From a virus (lineage: Duplodnaviria > Caudoviricetes): a stretch of 40,944 bases of DNA. The stretch is taken from the IMG/VR virus record IMGVR_UViG_3300022897_000001, positions 1 through 40,944 of that record; one strand, written 5' to 3'. A program made the position numbers and the translations under genes. This document shows positions 1 to 8,550 of the stretch, piece by piece. How positions within the stretch are numbered: the stretch's first letter is position 1; each line of letters opens with the position of its first letter. The notes beneath the pieces are model-generated. The model saw only the letters and a list, made by a program, of their open reading frames with translations. It had not been told where the DNA came from and did no database searches.

Positions 1-127
1 CGGCGGATCCACGGCGCGACGCGCTGAGAAAGCTGCCGAGGTGCTACGGCAAGGAAGGCAGGTTCAGGACGACGGACGGTCGCCGCTTCGACTTCGTTTT
101 CACGGAGCTGCTACGGCATCCGGACAT
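1..127. repeat. Terminal direct repeat (circularisation overlap), copy 1
   Basis: 1-127 is identical to 40818-40944. Confidence 0.97.
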
Positions 128-314
128 GAGCGAGTTTTTGTTTCCCACTCGAGGCGAGCTGGAGGGCGCGTGCAATGTGATGTTCGTCAGCGGGAACTAC
201 GAAGACGCCGAGTCGCGGACCGTGTTCAGGATGCAGACGAATCCGCGGCCTTCTGTTGCAGAGCGCGCCTTGCCTCGCGAACATCCTCAAGCATCTCCTC
301 AATCTTTCCTTTGA
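1..314 (+). CDS. 3' part of origin-spanning ORF (starts near 40241); degenerate terminase-like protein
   Basis: The frame of ORF 126..314 is continuous with an open frame running from 40235 through the junction; stop TGA at 312-314. Confidence 0.6.
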   Translation, partial: ADPRRDALRKLPRCYGKEGRFRTTDGRRFDFVFTELLRHPDMSEFLFPTRGELEGACNVMFVSGNYEDAESRTVFRMQTNPRPSVAERALPREHPQASPQSFL

Positions 315-2397
315 GCACCCGCTGCAGCTTCTCGCAGTCGCCGAGATGGTTTGTCTTCGTCTTCGTCAGCCACGTCCGTTTTCCGTTGTCCTCGCCCAGA
401 TATTCATCGGTCAGTTGACGGCGGTAGTGGGCATCGATGTTCGTCGGCAGCCACCAGTTTGTTGGCGTGCCGTGACACTCTCCGTCTTTGATGCAATCGA
501 AGTAGAGGTTGGCGGCGAAGTGATCGCTCCAGAACCAGACAAGCGAGAGCTTGTTGTCCATCACCTCGTTGACGCGGATATCGTTGCCCTGCGTTTTCGA
601 CGTGTCGCCGCCCTTGGCCGGTGAAAGCCACTCGCTTTGCGTGAGACAGAAATCCCAAACGGCTTGCTGCTCGAAACCGCAATCGGCGAGGCCGGCCGTC
701 ACCATGTATTCGCGAAAGGTCCCGTCTGGCCGTGTCCACCGGAACCGGCGAAAGTGGCCGTTCGCATCGGCTTTGTGGCCGCATTTTTCGAGGATCGCAT
801 CCCAGTTCGCTGCTTCACCCCAGTCCACCAGCGCGCTCCAGCTCAGTTGCTCCGGATGGTCCCAGAGCACTCCCCAAGCGCGAATCCCGAACCACATTTC
901 CGAGCCTTGCCGGTCAATCGTGATCGTCAGCAATTCCGCCTCTGCCGGCAGTTGCCCTTGGACGTATTTGTAAGGACAGCGCCCGATGGCGCGGTCCAGG
1001 TCGTCTTCAACGATGCCGGTCCCCTGGCGGATGAACGGCTTTCCGAGCGTATAGACCCAGAACTTTATCAGCGCCGCGAGCGATCCCTTCGCTTCCAGGA
1101 ACTCAGCGGCGATCACTCCCCAGATCTCGAAAGGATTATACCAAGACCACAGGTGCGCGGAGATATGTTCGTCCGGCGCGATCGGAGCTGCGTCCTCTTC
1201 GTCGTTGTCCACCGGCAGCGGGTCCGGATTGTGAGCGCACCACCGATAGCGCGACAGCATCCACGACTGATCTGCCTGCTCGATTTCCTGCGCGCAGGTC
1301 CCGCACTTGTAAGTTGTGCCGCGGCGGACCGCGCGGATGTTCCACCCTTCGCGGACATCCTCCATTTGCGTCGGATCGTCGAGACGGGGACGCTTGCCCA
1401 TGATCGCGAACCGCGAGAAGCAGGCCTCGCCGGTCACTTCCTCGCGCCACTCCGATCGTGGCCGCAGTTTCCCGTCGGCATCGAGCAGCGGCTTCAGCTC
1501 CTCATCAAACGGGACCACGGCCTTCTCGCTGAAAAACGAGAGCCGTTGCCAGCCAGCCAGGCGCGGGTCGTAGCTGAGCGGGGCCCAGCCCGGCTGCACT
1601 TCGTCATACGAGGGCGGTTCAAAGACGATGTGCTGATTTACGTGCGCTCGCGCGGCCGAGCAGTGCGGGCACGGGACATAACAGTGATGCTGACTGCCGG
1701 CCTTGAACTTCGACCACGTGGGACCGAACTCGCCTTTCTGCGGCGTCGAGGCGCGGAGGATCAGGCGAGAGCTGGCGAAAAGTTTTGTGCGGGCCTCGAT
1801 CTTGTCTGCGCTCGCCGCGTCGTTTTCCGTCGAGGATCGGCAGGCGTCCAATTCGTTGAGAATCGCCAGCTCAGCGTTGAAACCGTGCAGGTCCGCTTCA
1901 GCTCCAGAGCCGACGATGCGCAGACGCTTGCCGCGAAAATGCTTCTCGAATGTCGTCCACGTCTTTTTGGAAATGATCGCCAGCGCCCGGACCGGCGCGC
2001 ACTGCATGAGGAAGTCGTCCAACTCATCGCGGACAAACTTCCGCGCTGAGTTGCGCGTCGGGTCCAGCCACACCACGACGCCGAACCGCTCCGCGATCCA
2101 ATAGAGGACCACGCAAATGCAGAACAAAGTTTTGCCGGCACGCGCGCTCGAGCAAACCGTCAGGAAATGAACGTGCGGTTGCTGAGCCAGGTCATGCAGC
2201 CCGCGAAAGATCGGGAAGCGACCGGTCCGCAGTCTCCCAGGACTCGGGCCGCCGCTCGACTCGGGAATCTTCACCCAGCGATCCAGCCAGCACCACAGCC
2301 GCGAGCGCGGCCGGGGCCGGATGATTGCCTTCACCATGCCGGCAAGCCACCCGGCAGCGTTCAGAAATTTGCGGCCACGCCGTTCTTCAGCGGTCAT
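226..2397 (-). CDS. terL: Terminase large subunit, lambda GpA family
   Basis: Walker A SSARAGKT, Walker B AILNELD, coupling motif ASTP, CPHC, C-terminal nuclease motifs TITIDRQ and NHLGDCE. Confidence 0.93.
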   Translation of the reverse strand: MTAEERRGRKFLNAAGWLAGMVKAIIRPRPRSRLWCWLDRWVKIPESSGGPSPGRLRTGRFPIFRGLHDLAQQPHVHFLTVCSSARAGKTLFCICVVLYWIAERFGVVVWLDPTRNSARKFVRDELDDFLMQCAPVRALAIISKKTWTTFEKHFRGKRLRIVGSGAEADLHGFNAELAILNELDACRSSTENDAASADKIEARTKLFASSRLILRASTPQKGEFGPTWSKFKAGSQHHCYVPCPHCSAARAHVNQHIVFEPPSYDEVQPGWAPLSYDPRLAGWQRLSFFSEKAVVPFDEELKPLLDADGKLRPRSEWREEVTGEACFSRFAIMGKRPRLDDPTQMEDVREGWNIRAVRRGTTYKCGTCAQEIEQADQSWMLSRYRWCAHNPDPLPVDNDEEDAAPIAPDEHISAHLWSWYNPFEIWGVIAAEFLEAKGSLAALIKFWVYTLGKPFIRQGTGIVEDDLDRAIGRCPYKYVQGQLPAEAELLTITIDRQGSEMWFGIRAWGVLWDHPEQLSWSALVDWGEAANWDAILEKCGHKADANGHFRRFRWTRPDGTFREYMVTAGLADCGFEQQAVWDFCLTQSEWLSPAKGGDTSKTQGNDIRVNEVMDNKLSLVWFWSDHFAANLYFDCIKDGECHGTPTNWWLPTNIDAHYRRQLTDEYLGEDNGKRTWLTKTKTNHLGDCEKLQRVLKGKIEEMLEDVREARRALQQKAADSSAS
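1851..1922 (-). repeat. Inverted repeat arm inside terL (Walker B region), partner at 40716-40787
   Basis: 63/72 nt identical to the reverse complement of 40716-40787, by manual alignment. Confidence 0.93.
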
Positions 2398-3515
2398 TTG
2401 CGGCGCTTTTTCTTCTTCGGCACCGGCGCAATGGCTCCCTCGACCGCTGCCGGAATCCGGATAGTGGGCTTGCGGGACCGTCCTTGCCGGCGTTTTACGG
2501 GCCGTTTCTGAGCTGTGGCAGGGGTTTCCTGAGCCTTTTCCGGCCGTGCGGAATCCTGCTGCCGGCGCATCGCCTCTCGCTCGGCGGCTTCCTCTGTGAC
2601 TTGGCCGGTGACTCCGTGAGACAGCGCCTCGTCGGTAATCTCTCCGGCCTTCTGCGCTCGCGCGATCGATGCGGAGCCGAGCCGTCGCAGAACTTCGGTG
2701 GCCACGCGAGACACGAGCTGCAGCAGCGCGGCGTGATCCTGCCCGGCAAAACTGACGATCTGCAAAAGACGCTCTGTCTCGGCGTCGAATGGCAGATCTC
2801 GCAGGATCTCGCCGACTGCCGTCTCCGCGCAGAATTCCGCGGCGTTGATGTCCGTGAGAATCGCATCAACTTCGTCCCTCAAAACGTCCGCGCATTCCCG
2901 CTCCTCACGAAGCCCCTTCACGCGGCGAGCTGCTACGTCGGGGAACTGGATCAGTTTGTTCTGCAACGCGGCGAGCAGCGCACCGAACGGAACTTCCAGC
3001 TCTGACGCCACCAACAGCGTGCCTTCCGTGGTCCAGCGATCGATGCGCTTCGAGTCGTAGTTTTCGTAAAGAACCGCTTTGTTCCAATCCGACTGCGAGC
3101 CACCAAGACGAGGCGGGCGGATGATATCGCGTTCGTCTCCATCCTCGGCGACTTCATCATCGAGCTTTTCCGCACCGCGCAGGTTGTGCTTCCTGACGAG
3201 CGCGATCCAGGCGGCCACTTCTTTGCGGCCGTCAGCGCGATCTGGCGGGCAGTCGGCGGCGTAGCGCGGATCTTTCCTCCAGTCCAAGATCGCCCGTCGA
3301 GTGACGCCGAGCAATCCGGCCAGTTCGTCCCAGGACTTTGCGAAACTCTTCAGCGGCGCTGCAGCCGGCTGCTGCTGCTGCAGCGCCTCGGCGCGCGCTC
3401 GCTCGAGCAAAGCCTCGTCACGAGCGGTCAGCGGTTTTTCCGCATGGAGTTTGCGGAGAACCGTTGCGAGTTTCTTTTTATCGATCCTGTCGAAATCCTC
3501 CGGCGTGAGCTTCAC
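2394..3515 (-). CDS. Terminase small subunit (Nu1-like HTH), long basic C-terminus
   Basis: HTH SWDELAGLLGVTRRAILDW; ATGA overlap immediately upstream of terL. Confidence 0.75.
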   Translation of the reverse strand: MKLTPEDFDRIDKKKLATVLRKLHAEKPLTARDEALLERARAEALQQQQPAAAPLKSFAKSWDELAGLLGVTRRAILDWRKDPRYAADCPPDRADGRKEVAAWIALVRKHNLRGAEKLDDEVAEDGDERDIIRPPRLGGSQSDWNKAVLYENYDSKRIDRWTTEGTLLVASELEVPFGALLAALQNKLIQFPDVAARRVKGLREERECADVLRDEVDAILTDINAAEFCAETAVGEILRDLPFDAETERLLQIVSFAGQDHAALLQLVSRVATEVLRRLGSASIARAQKAGEITDEALSHGVTGQVTEEAAEREAMRRQQDSARPEKAQETPATAQKRPVKRRQGRSRKPTIRIPAAVEGAIAPVPKKKKRRK

Positions 3516-3530
3516 GCCATCGGCTGCGCG

Positions 3531-4127
3531 TCAATTAAACGCTGCTTCCAGAATAGGCCTCACACGATCGAACAACGAAGCGAGATCGGCAACTCCACTG
3601 ACCAACGTCGCAATCTCTAGGATCACTGGGCGCACCAAATATTTGCGGCGCTTTTCCGGGGACTGCGTTGCTTCTGAGGCTATCACTTCTACAAGTCCGA
3701 CAATATTGTCCTTCGCCTGAGCAACGACATCAGCGTGCGCCAGCACAGCGTTGGTAAAAGTAGTGATGGCCGCACTTAGCTCTGGATTGCCGGCTTGCGT
3801 GATTGCGGTCAACGCTACATCCACCTTCTTAATAGAGCCGGTATTCAGAACCCCAACATTGCTGTGCGATACGTTGATGTTGTTGAACGTCATAGGCCCT
3901 CCTTGAATGATGTTGCGCTCAGGAAAACGCGGGCCGGTGTTTGGGAGTCCGATCGTGTTCCACATAGACTCGTGTAGGAAGTTAATCATCCTTTCACGCT
4001 CAGCGTTTTGAATTGCGATCGCTTGCTGAAGTTTCAAGCCGCAATCAACACACAGCGCCAAACTTCCTTCCCCGCTCTGGTAAAGGAGAACTGAAGGTCG
4101 ACCGCACTGCGCACATTGATTGCTCAT
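3531..4127 (-). CDS. Hypothetical moron-like protein with N-terminal CxxC...CxxC zinc ribbon
   Basis: 198-aa ORF, visibly lower GC, own promoter-like element. Confidence 0.7.
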   Translation of the reverse strand: MSNQCAQCGRPSVLLYQSGEGSLALCVDCGLKLQQAIAIQNAERERMINFLHESMWNTIGLPNTGPRFPERNIIQGGPMTFNNINVSHSNVGVLNTGSIKKVDVALTAITQAGNPELSAAITTFTNAVLAHADVVAQAKDNIVGLVEVIASEATQSPEKRRKYLVRPVILEIATLVSGVADLASLFDRVRPILEAAFN

Positions 4128-4133
4128 CTTCGC

Positions 4134-4162
4134 ATCCTATAACCCGTCCGCTAGACTGTCAC
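4134..4162 (-). promoter_or_regulatory. sigma70-like promoter for the 3531-4127 gene (near-leaderless)
   Basis: GTGACA-N17-TAGGAT, 6 nt before the ATG. Confidence 0.45.
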
Positions 4163-4191
4163 GCGTAACGGGCTCAGTCTGCGAAGCTGAA

Positions 4192-4755
4192 CTAATCAAA
4201 GTCGAGATCGAGTTGATTGTCGGCGCGGATCTCGCGGGCCTGCTGCTCGTAAGGATCGCGGAGGTTTGCGGGATTTACCAGACGCGCCCCTTCCTCCCAG
4301 AAGTGTTTCCACGCGCGCTTTGCGGCCCTGCCCCGTGCTGTGTGACGATCGAGCGCGAAGTCTGGAATCTCCCGCTGTCCGCGCGGGCCTTCGTAGTGGA
4401 CGATCAGCGCGTGATCCACCATGCGGCTTTTCTTCGCGTGCGCGAGGTAGAGAACCGCGTGGACTAGGAAAAGGCGCTCCGGCTCGTGCCGGGCGTCCTT
4501 CTTTTTGCGCTGATCCCGCCACGCTTCGCGCAGCGTTGTGACGCGCACGATTGCATCCGGATCGGCGAGACCCACGTCTTCGCTCGCCATGATGACCAGG
4601 CGCTTGAAGACGTATTCACCGTAGCCGGCGAGGTCGAGTTCTGTGGCCCAATGCAGCGCTTCATCAGCGAGGCCGCGGCGGATGCACTTCTGCAACGCGC
4701 TCGCGACTTCGCCGCAGCGGTGGCCACCGGGAGTCATGATTTCGGCAAACGTCAT
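4192..4755 (-). CDS. RarA/MgsA C-terminal-domain-like protein
   Basis: SALQKCIRRG...EALHWA...KRLVIMASEDVGLADPDA matches the RarA/MgsA signature; PDFALDRHT. Confidence 0.8.
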   Translation of the reverse strand: MTFAEIMTPGGHRCGEVASALQKCIRRGLADEALHWATELDLAGYGEYVFKRLVIMASEDVGLADPDAIVRVTTLREAWRDQRKKKDARHEPERLFLVHAVLYLAHAKKSRMVDHALIVHYEGPRGQREIPDFALDRHTARGRAAKRAWKHFWEEGARLVNPANLRDPYEQQAREIRADNQLDLDFD

Positions 4756-5381
4756 GCGGCCCTCGCTTTCTTCGCCGTCCGGATCGCGCCGAGCGCTCGT
4801 GCGTCATTGAAAGCGGCGCGCACGTTGCAACCGTCCAGAAAGCCGTCAGGCACGCAGCCGCGGGCGATCTTTTGCGCGTGCTCTGCTGGTAGCTTGAACC
4901 TTCGCACCAATTCGCGCGACGTATCCGCTACCGTGGGAGCGTTCACCGGCAAACGAACGAATCGGGATTCCAGCCGGCCCTTGGTCATCTGCCGGAGTTT
5001 TCCAAATTCGTTCGTGGTGACGATGACCGCGTGACGCGCGGGCAGCGTGTCCAGGAACGTGAGCATTTCCGAGATTGCGGAACTGCTCATCTGGTCAACT
5101 TCGTCGATGCGCTTGACCGTCCACGAGCTGAACAGATTGCCGTAGCAACCGCGCTCGCGCCACTGGCGGACAACTTCGATGCCGACGCTCTGGCCGTTCA
5201 TCGTCTCGACGGCAAACGGTGTGCCGGTCATTTCGGCCGCGAGCTGATCTGCCAGCTCTGTCTTGCCAACGCCCGGATCGCCATCGAGCAGCAACGCCAC
5301 GCGATCAGACTTCGCCACCAAGGCCCGCGCCGCTTCCAAGATGGAAGCGGCGGGGCCGAATAGGATTGCCGGAGTTTTCAT
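4752..5381 (-). CDS. Clamp-loader-clade AAA+ ATPase
   Basis: GDPGVGKT, IDEVDQMS, TTN sensor-1, ESRF (SRC-like arginine finger); start taken at ATG 5381 (ATGA coupling). Confidence 0.82.
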   Translation of the reverse strand: MKTPAILFGPAASILEAARALVAKSDRVALLLDGDPGVGKTELADQLAAEMTGTPFAVETMNGQSVGIEVVRQWRERGCYGNLFSSWTVKRIDEVDQMSSSAISEMLTFLDTLPARHAVIVTTNEFGKLRQMTKGRLESRFVRLPVNAPTVADTSRELVRRFKLPAEHAQKIARGCVPDGFLDGCNVRAAFNDARALGAIRTAKKARAA

Positions 5382-5569
5382 TTCGCGGCGGTGGTGATGA
5401 CGAGCTGACCTTGCTCGACGTGGACGCACACATTTTCCCCGATCGTGAAGCCAGCGGCTTCGAGCCACCTGCCGGCGATACGGAGCTGCGGAACGACCGC
5501 GCACCGGCGCCGGTGGAAATCTCCGGCTGCCTGCCAGAGCGTTGAGATTTTCAGTTTGCGAATGCTCAT
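5378..5569 (-). CDS. symE: SymE-family toxin-like protein
   Basis: PQLRIAGRWLEAAGFTIGENVCVHVEQGQLVIT matches the SymE consensus. Confidence 0.82.
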   Translation of the reverse strand: MSIRKLKISTLWQAAGDFHRRRCAVVPQLRIAGRWLEAAGFTIGENVCVHVEQGQLVITTAAK

Positions 5570-5572
5570 GGC

Positions 5573-5929
5573 TTAGGCGGCGAGATCGACGACGTTGACG
5601 CGCTGTGACCCTGCGGCCGGCGCTGCTTTCTTCGCGGGCAGTGCCATCGGCTTCTCAGCTCCGAGCACCATGGCGGCGAAGGCGAATTCCTCCGGCGTGG
5701 CGAACACTTCACGCGCCAGCGCGTCCCATCCGGTCACAGACTTCGAGAGATCGCCGAAGCGATAGCGGAAGGTGCCCGTCTTTTTGCAGACGTAGATTTC
5801 GCCTGCGGCCCACTCGGCGAACGCCGGACGGAGCAAGGGAAGGTGTTTGTGCGCGCGCTGCAGGCGATTGGCTTTTCCGATCGCGATGCGGCGGATGGTG
5901 GTGAGTGCGGTTGCGGTTGCGGTTTTCAT
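5573..5929 (-). CDS. Hypothetical protein
   Basis: 118-aa ORF directly downstream of repeated leader copy A. Confidence 0.7.
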   Translation of the reverse strand: MKTATATALTTIRRIAIGKANRLQRAHKHLPLLRPAFAEWAAGEIYVCKKTGTFRYRFGDLSKSVTGWDALAREVFATPEEFAFAAMVLGAEKPMALPAKKAAPAAGSQRVNVVDLAA

Positions 5930-6035
5930 TGTGACAATGGGCGGTTTGGTCGGTTGCCCTCTTCCGGTTTGGTTTGATGGAGCGGGATTGCTCCCTGCTG
6001 CCCGCCGCCTCGAGGCGACGGGCAGACGGGAACGA
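5930..6035 (-). repeat. Structured intergenic leader, copy A
   Basis: CTGCCCG...CGGGCAG stem, GGGA-GCAA-TCCC hairpin, AACCGGAAGAGGGCAACCGACCAAACCGCCCAT shared with 7064-7163. Confidence 0.9.
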
Positions 6036-6335
6036 TCAGTATTCCTCTGGAAACAGCACGGTGGTCGCCGAGCGATCGGCTTCGGTGATGATCCAGATTT
6101 TTCCCTCTGGCGTTTCGTAAGCGGAGAAGACGCGCGCCCCGATTAGCAGCGCCTCTTCGTTCGCCGCTTTGTCCTCGATGCACATATCGCCGCAATCGCC
6201 GCTCAGGTGGCGAGTCAGGCAATTCGTGACCATCCAGAACGCGAGCGGATTTCGCTCGAGCAGAGCTGCGATGTTGCGGGAAACGAGCAACTGGCCGCGC
6301 TCGAACTTGGCTTGTGAGAAGGCAGGCGCGTTCAT
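6036..6335 (-). CDS. Conserved hypothetical mobile-element protein
   Basis: RHLSGDCGD...KIWIITEADRSATTVLFPEEY, a motif I recognise from plasmid/ICE/phage accessory genes. Confidence 0.75.
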   Translation of the reverse strand: MNAPAFSQAKFERGQLLVSRNIAALLERNPLAFWMVTNCLTRHLSGDCGDMCIEDKAANEEALLIGARVFSAYETPEGKIWIITEADRSATTVLFPEEY

Positions 6336-7063
6336 TAGCGGAGCCTCCGATTGTTGGAACCGCCGCCGAGCGGACGGTTGATGTTGATCTGACGGCCGGC
6401 GCTGTGGCCCGCGCTAATCGCGTCGTGGTGACGAATGTTGATGTTCGCGCGGCCGGTGTAGCGAACGTTCGGATGGAACCGCGTCACTGCGGATTCGAGC
6501 GCCTTTTTATCGTTCACCACTGCGAGCTGGTAGTTCGCGGCGATGTTCGCGTTGCCCGCCATCTGCGCCTCAATGATCGCCTCGCCTTCGACGCGGCGCT
6601 TGTTCTCAGTGAGCTTAGCGTCAAGGCCGGTATAGACGCCGTAGAAGTAATTCACCCGCGCTCCCTGCCCGCACTGAGTCTGCTTTTGCCAAGCGGTCCA
6701 GAGCCGCGGAAATTCCCCTTCCAAAAACTCAGTCACCCACTTGGCGAAAGCTATGTCAGTCGGCTTGCCGATCACGAACAGTTGGCCGTCGCACCCATAC
6801 ACCATGCTGACGTTGAAATGCTTTCGGACGATCCACTCGACATACTTGGCTTGAAACGTCTTGCGGCGGACCTGCTTTTCCTCGGTGTATTCTTCAGCGG
6901 GCCGCTCGCTGTGTTCGATGCCGGCGAGTTCAACTTTGTAACGCAGCGCCAATTCCTGAGCCTTCGCCATCGCGGCCTCGGCCTCCCCTTGTGATGCTGC
7001 TTTGTCGGTAGCCAGGCGCAGAAGTTTGCGCAGCTTTTCGATGATTTCTTGCGGTGTGTTCAC
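6335..7063 (-). CDS. DUF2786-domain protein
   Basis: IIEKLRKLLRLA...EAEAAMAKAQELALRY; start at GTG 7063 after leader copy B. Confidence 0.8.
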   Translation of the reverse strand: MNTPQEIIEKLRKLLRLATDKAASQGEAEAAMAKAQELALRYKVELAGIEHSERPAEEYTEEKQVRRKTFQAKYVEWIVRKHFNVSMVYGCDGQLFVIGKPTDIAFAKWVTEFLEGEFPRLWTAWQKQTQCGQGARVNYFYGVYTGLDAKLTENKRRVEGEAIIEAQMAGNANIAANYQLAVVNDKKALESAVTRFHPNVRYTGRANINIRHHDAISAGHSAGRQININRPLGGGSNNRRLR

Positions 7064-7163
7064 TTTGACTATGGGCGGTTTGGTCGGTTGCCCTCTTCCG
7101 GTTGTGGAGCGGGATTGCTCCCCGCTGCCCGCTGCCGATTCGGCGCGGGCAGAACGGGAGAAA
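7064..7163 (-). repeat. Structured intergenic leader, copy B
   Basis: Near-identical to 5930-6035. Confidence 0.9.
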
Positions 7164-7400
7164 TCAGCGCACGATTGAAAGTTCGTTCGCTTCTGCGACG
7201 CCAAGCGTGGTGACGCGGTAACTGACTTCATCCTCTGCCAGCACGATGACCGGCCGGAGACGGAGAGGCAGGTTTGGCACCATCGTGGTGAGCCTGAGAT
7301 TCACGAGAGCTTGCGCGCTTTGTAGGGACATTTTCTTCGACATGCTGAGAGCTTCGTCGGCGCAATTCGTGACGTCGCGCGAATCCAATCGTGCGCTCAC
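7164..7400 (-). CDS. Hypothetical protein
   Basis: 78-aa ORF whose stop abuts leader copy B. Confidence 0.55.
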   Translation of the reverse strand: MSARLDSRDVTNCADEALSMSKKMSLQSAQALVNLRLTTMVPNLPLRLRPVIVLAEDEVSYRVTTLGVAEANELSIVR

Positions 7401-7450
7401 TTTTCCTCACGCTGGCAAGGCCGCTGCTAGCTAGCCGCCGCTGTGCCCCG

Positions 7451-7468
7451 GCTATACGAATGTATAGC
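7451..7468. promoter_or_regulatory. Palindromic operator-like site
   Basis: GCTATAC-GAAT-GTATAGC, intergenic and AT-rich. Confidence 0.5.
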
Positions 7469-7475
7469 GCGGGCC

Positions 7476-7838
7476 CTAAAACTCCGGGGGTCGCGTCGCG
7501 AAAAAGAAGCGGCGCTCCGTCGTGTCCGTGTGACCGTTCGCATCGCACCACCGCGCGTAATCCTCAACGGTCATGCGAACGCTGATGATCTTTGCGCCAC
7601 GTTTTCGGAGCAACGTTGTTAGCGCCTTCACCATTCGCTGCTGGAAAAAGAGGGTGCGCCTCGGAAAGAAAAAGCGCGACGTTTCCTCGTCAGTGAATTT
7701 CGCGACGCGAATACCCTGCCCCTTTAGGTCCTTCACGCCGGCAGGCGGCGGTCCCTGCAAACCCATAGCGGGCAGCCAGGCAGCGACGGCTTCGGCTACG
7801 TCCTCATTCACAAGGACGCACCTTTCGGCGCTTGTCAT
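7476..7838 (-). CDS. Hypothetical protein
   Basis: 120-aa ORF co-oriented with neighbours. Confidence 0.6.
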   Translation of the reverse strand: MTSAERCVLVNEDVAEAVAAWLPAMGLQGPPPAGVKDLKGQGIRVAKFTDEETSRFFFPRRTLFFQQRMVKALTTLLRKRGAKIISVRMTVEDYARWCDANGHTDTTERRFFFATRPPEF

Positions 7839-7853
7839 AATTTTTTCAAGTCG

Positions 7854-8054
7854 TCAGTCACCGTCGGGCACGAAGCCCAGACCGCCGCCGAGATCGCGCC
7901 AGACGTCGGTGCGATCGGAGCCGCGGACTTTGATCACCACACGGACGCGGCCGTCAGTGAGCGTTTCAACTTCGCTGATTCCATCAACTTCGTCATCGCG
8001 GAAATAGCGGACGAGCAGTGCATCTGGCAGAGCCAGGGCTTTTTTGTTTGCCAT
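7854..8054 (-). CDS. Hypothetical protein
   Basis: 66-aa ORF preceded by a degenerate leader copy (GGAAGAGACGACCCGACCAAA). Confidence 0.6.
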   Translation of the reverse strand: MANKKALALPDALLVRYFRDDEVDGISEVETLTDGRVRVVIKVRGSDRTDVWRDLGGGLGFVPDGD

Positions 8055-8244
8055 TGGACGTTGACGTTTTTGGTCGGGTCGTCTCTTCCCGTGGGCTGTG
8101 GTTTTCTATCTCGCTAAATTTTCATTGTGAATCGCGTCGTGTGTTTGGCGACGTGGACTAGAAAGGCGAGCACAAGAGCAGCGAACAGCATAGCGCAGCC
8201 AACGCTGCGCGGTGGTGAGCACGTCGGCTTTGGAACTGCCGGTT

Positions 8245-8550
8245 TCATTGCGTGAGAATTACGGTCCTGCCGGTCGCGCGCTCGAAATGCAGCGCGGCTT
8301 CCTCAAGCGATCGCCAGCATTTCCCATTCGTGCTGCACCAGCTCATGAACTCGACGTAGTGAGTATGACCTTTTTCCTCGTGCTCGCGTGCGCCACTCTG
8401 CCACCTGTCCTCATCGATCTGGAAAAGCATGCTGCGGCAGTGTGGGCAACAAGGCAACCGATGCTCGCCTGCCAAGCCGATCTGCGAGATGTGACCATTC
8501 CAGGAACAGAGCGCCGCATACACGTGGAGATTGGAGGACTGGCGCGGCAT
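8245..8550 (-). CDS. Hypothetical Cys-rich (CCPHC) protein
   Basis: ATG at 8550 overlaps the upstream stop (TGATG). Confidence 0.6.
   Translation of the reverse strand: MPRQSSNLHVYAALCSWNGHISQIGLAGEHRLPCCPHCRSMLFQIDEDRWQSGAREHEEKGHTHYVEFMSWCSTNGKCWRSLEEAALHFERATGRTVILTQ

Noticed and set aside
637-2049. Long plus-strand ORFs (also 25045-26148, 27052-28443, 34130-35578, 36170-37093)
   Set aside because: Antisense shadows of well-supported GC-rich genes, with no motifs
2394-2420. Eukaryotic NLS-like PKKKKRRK at the TerS C-terminus
   Set aside because: Basic tails are common in phage DNA-binding proteins; nothing else suggests a eukaryotic context
7451-7468. loxP-like site (TTCGTATAGC)
   Set aside because: Only a short partial match; no 13-8-13 architecture
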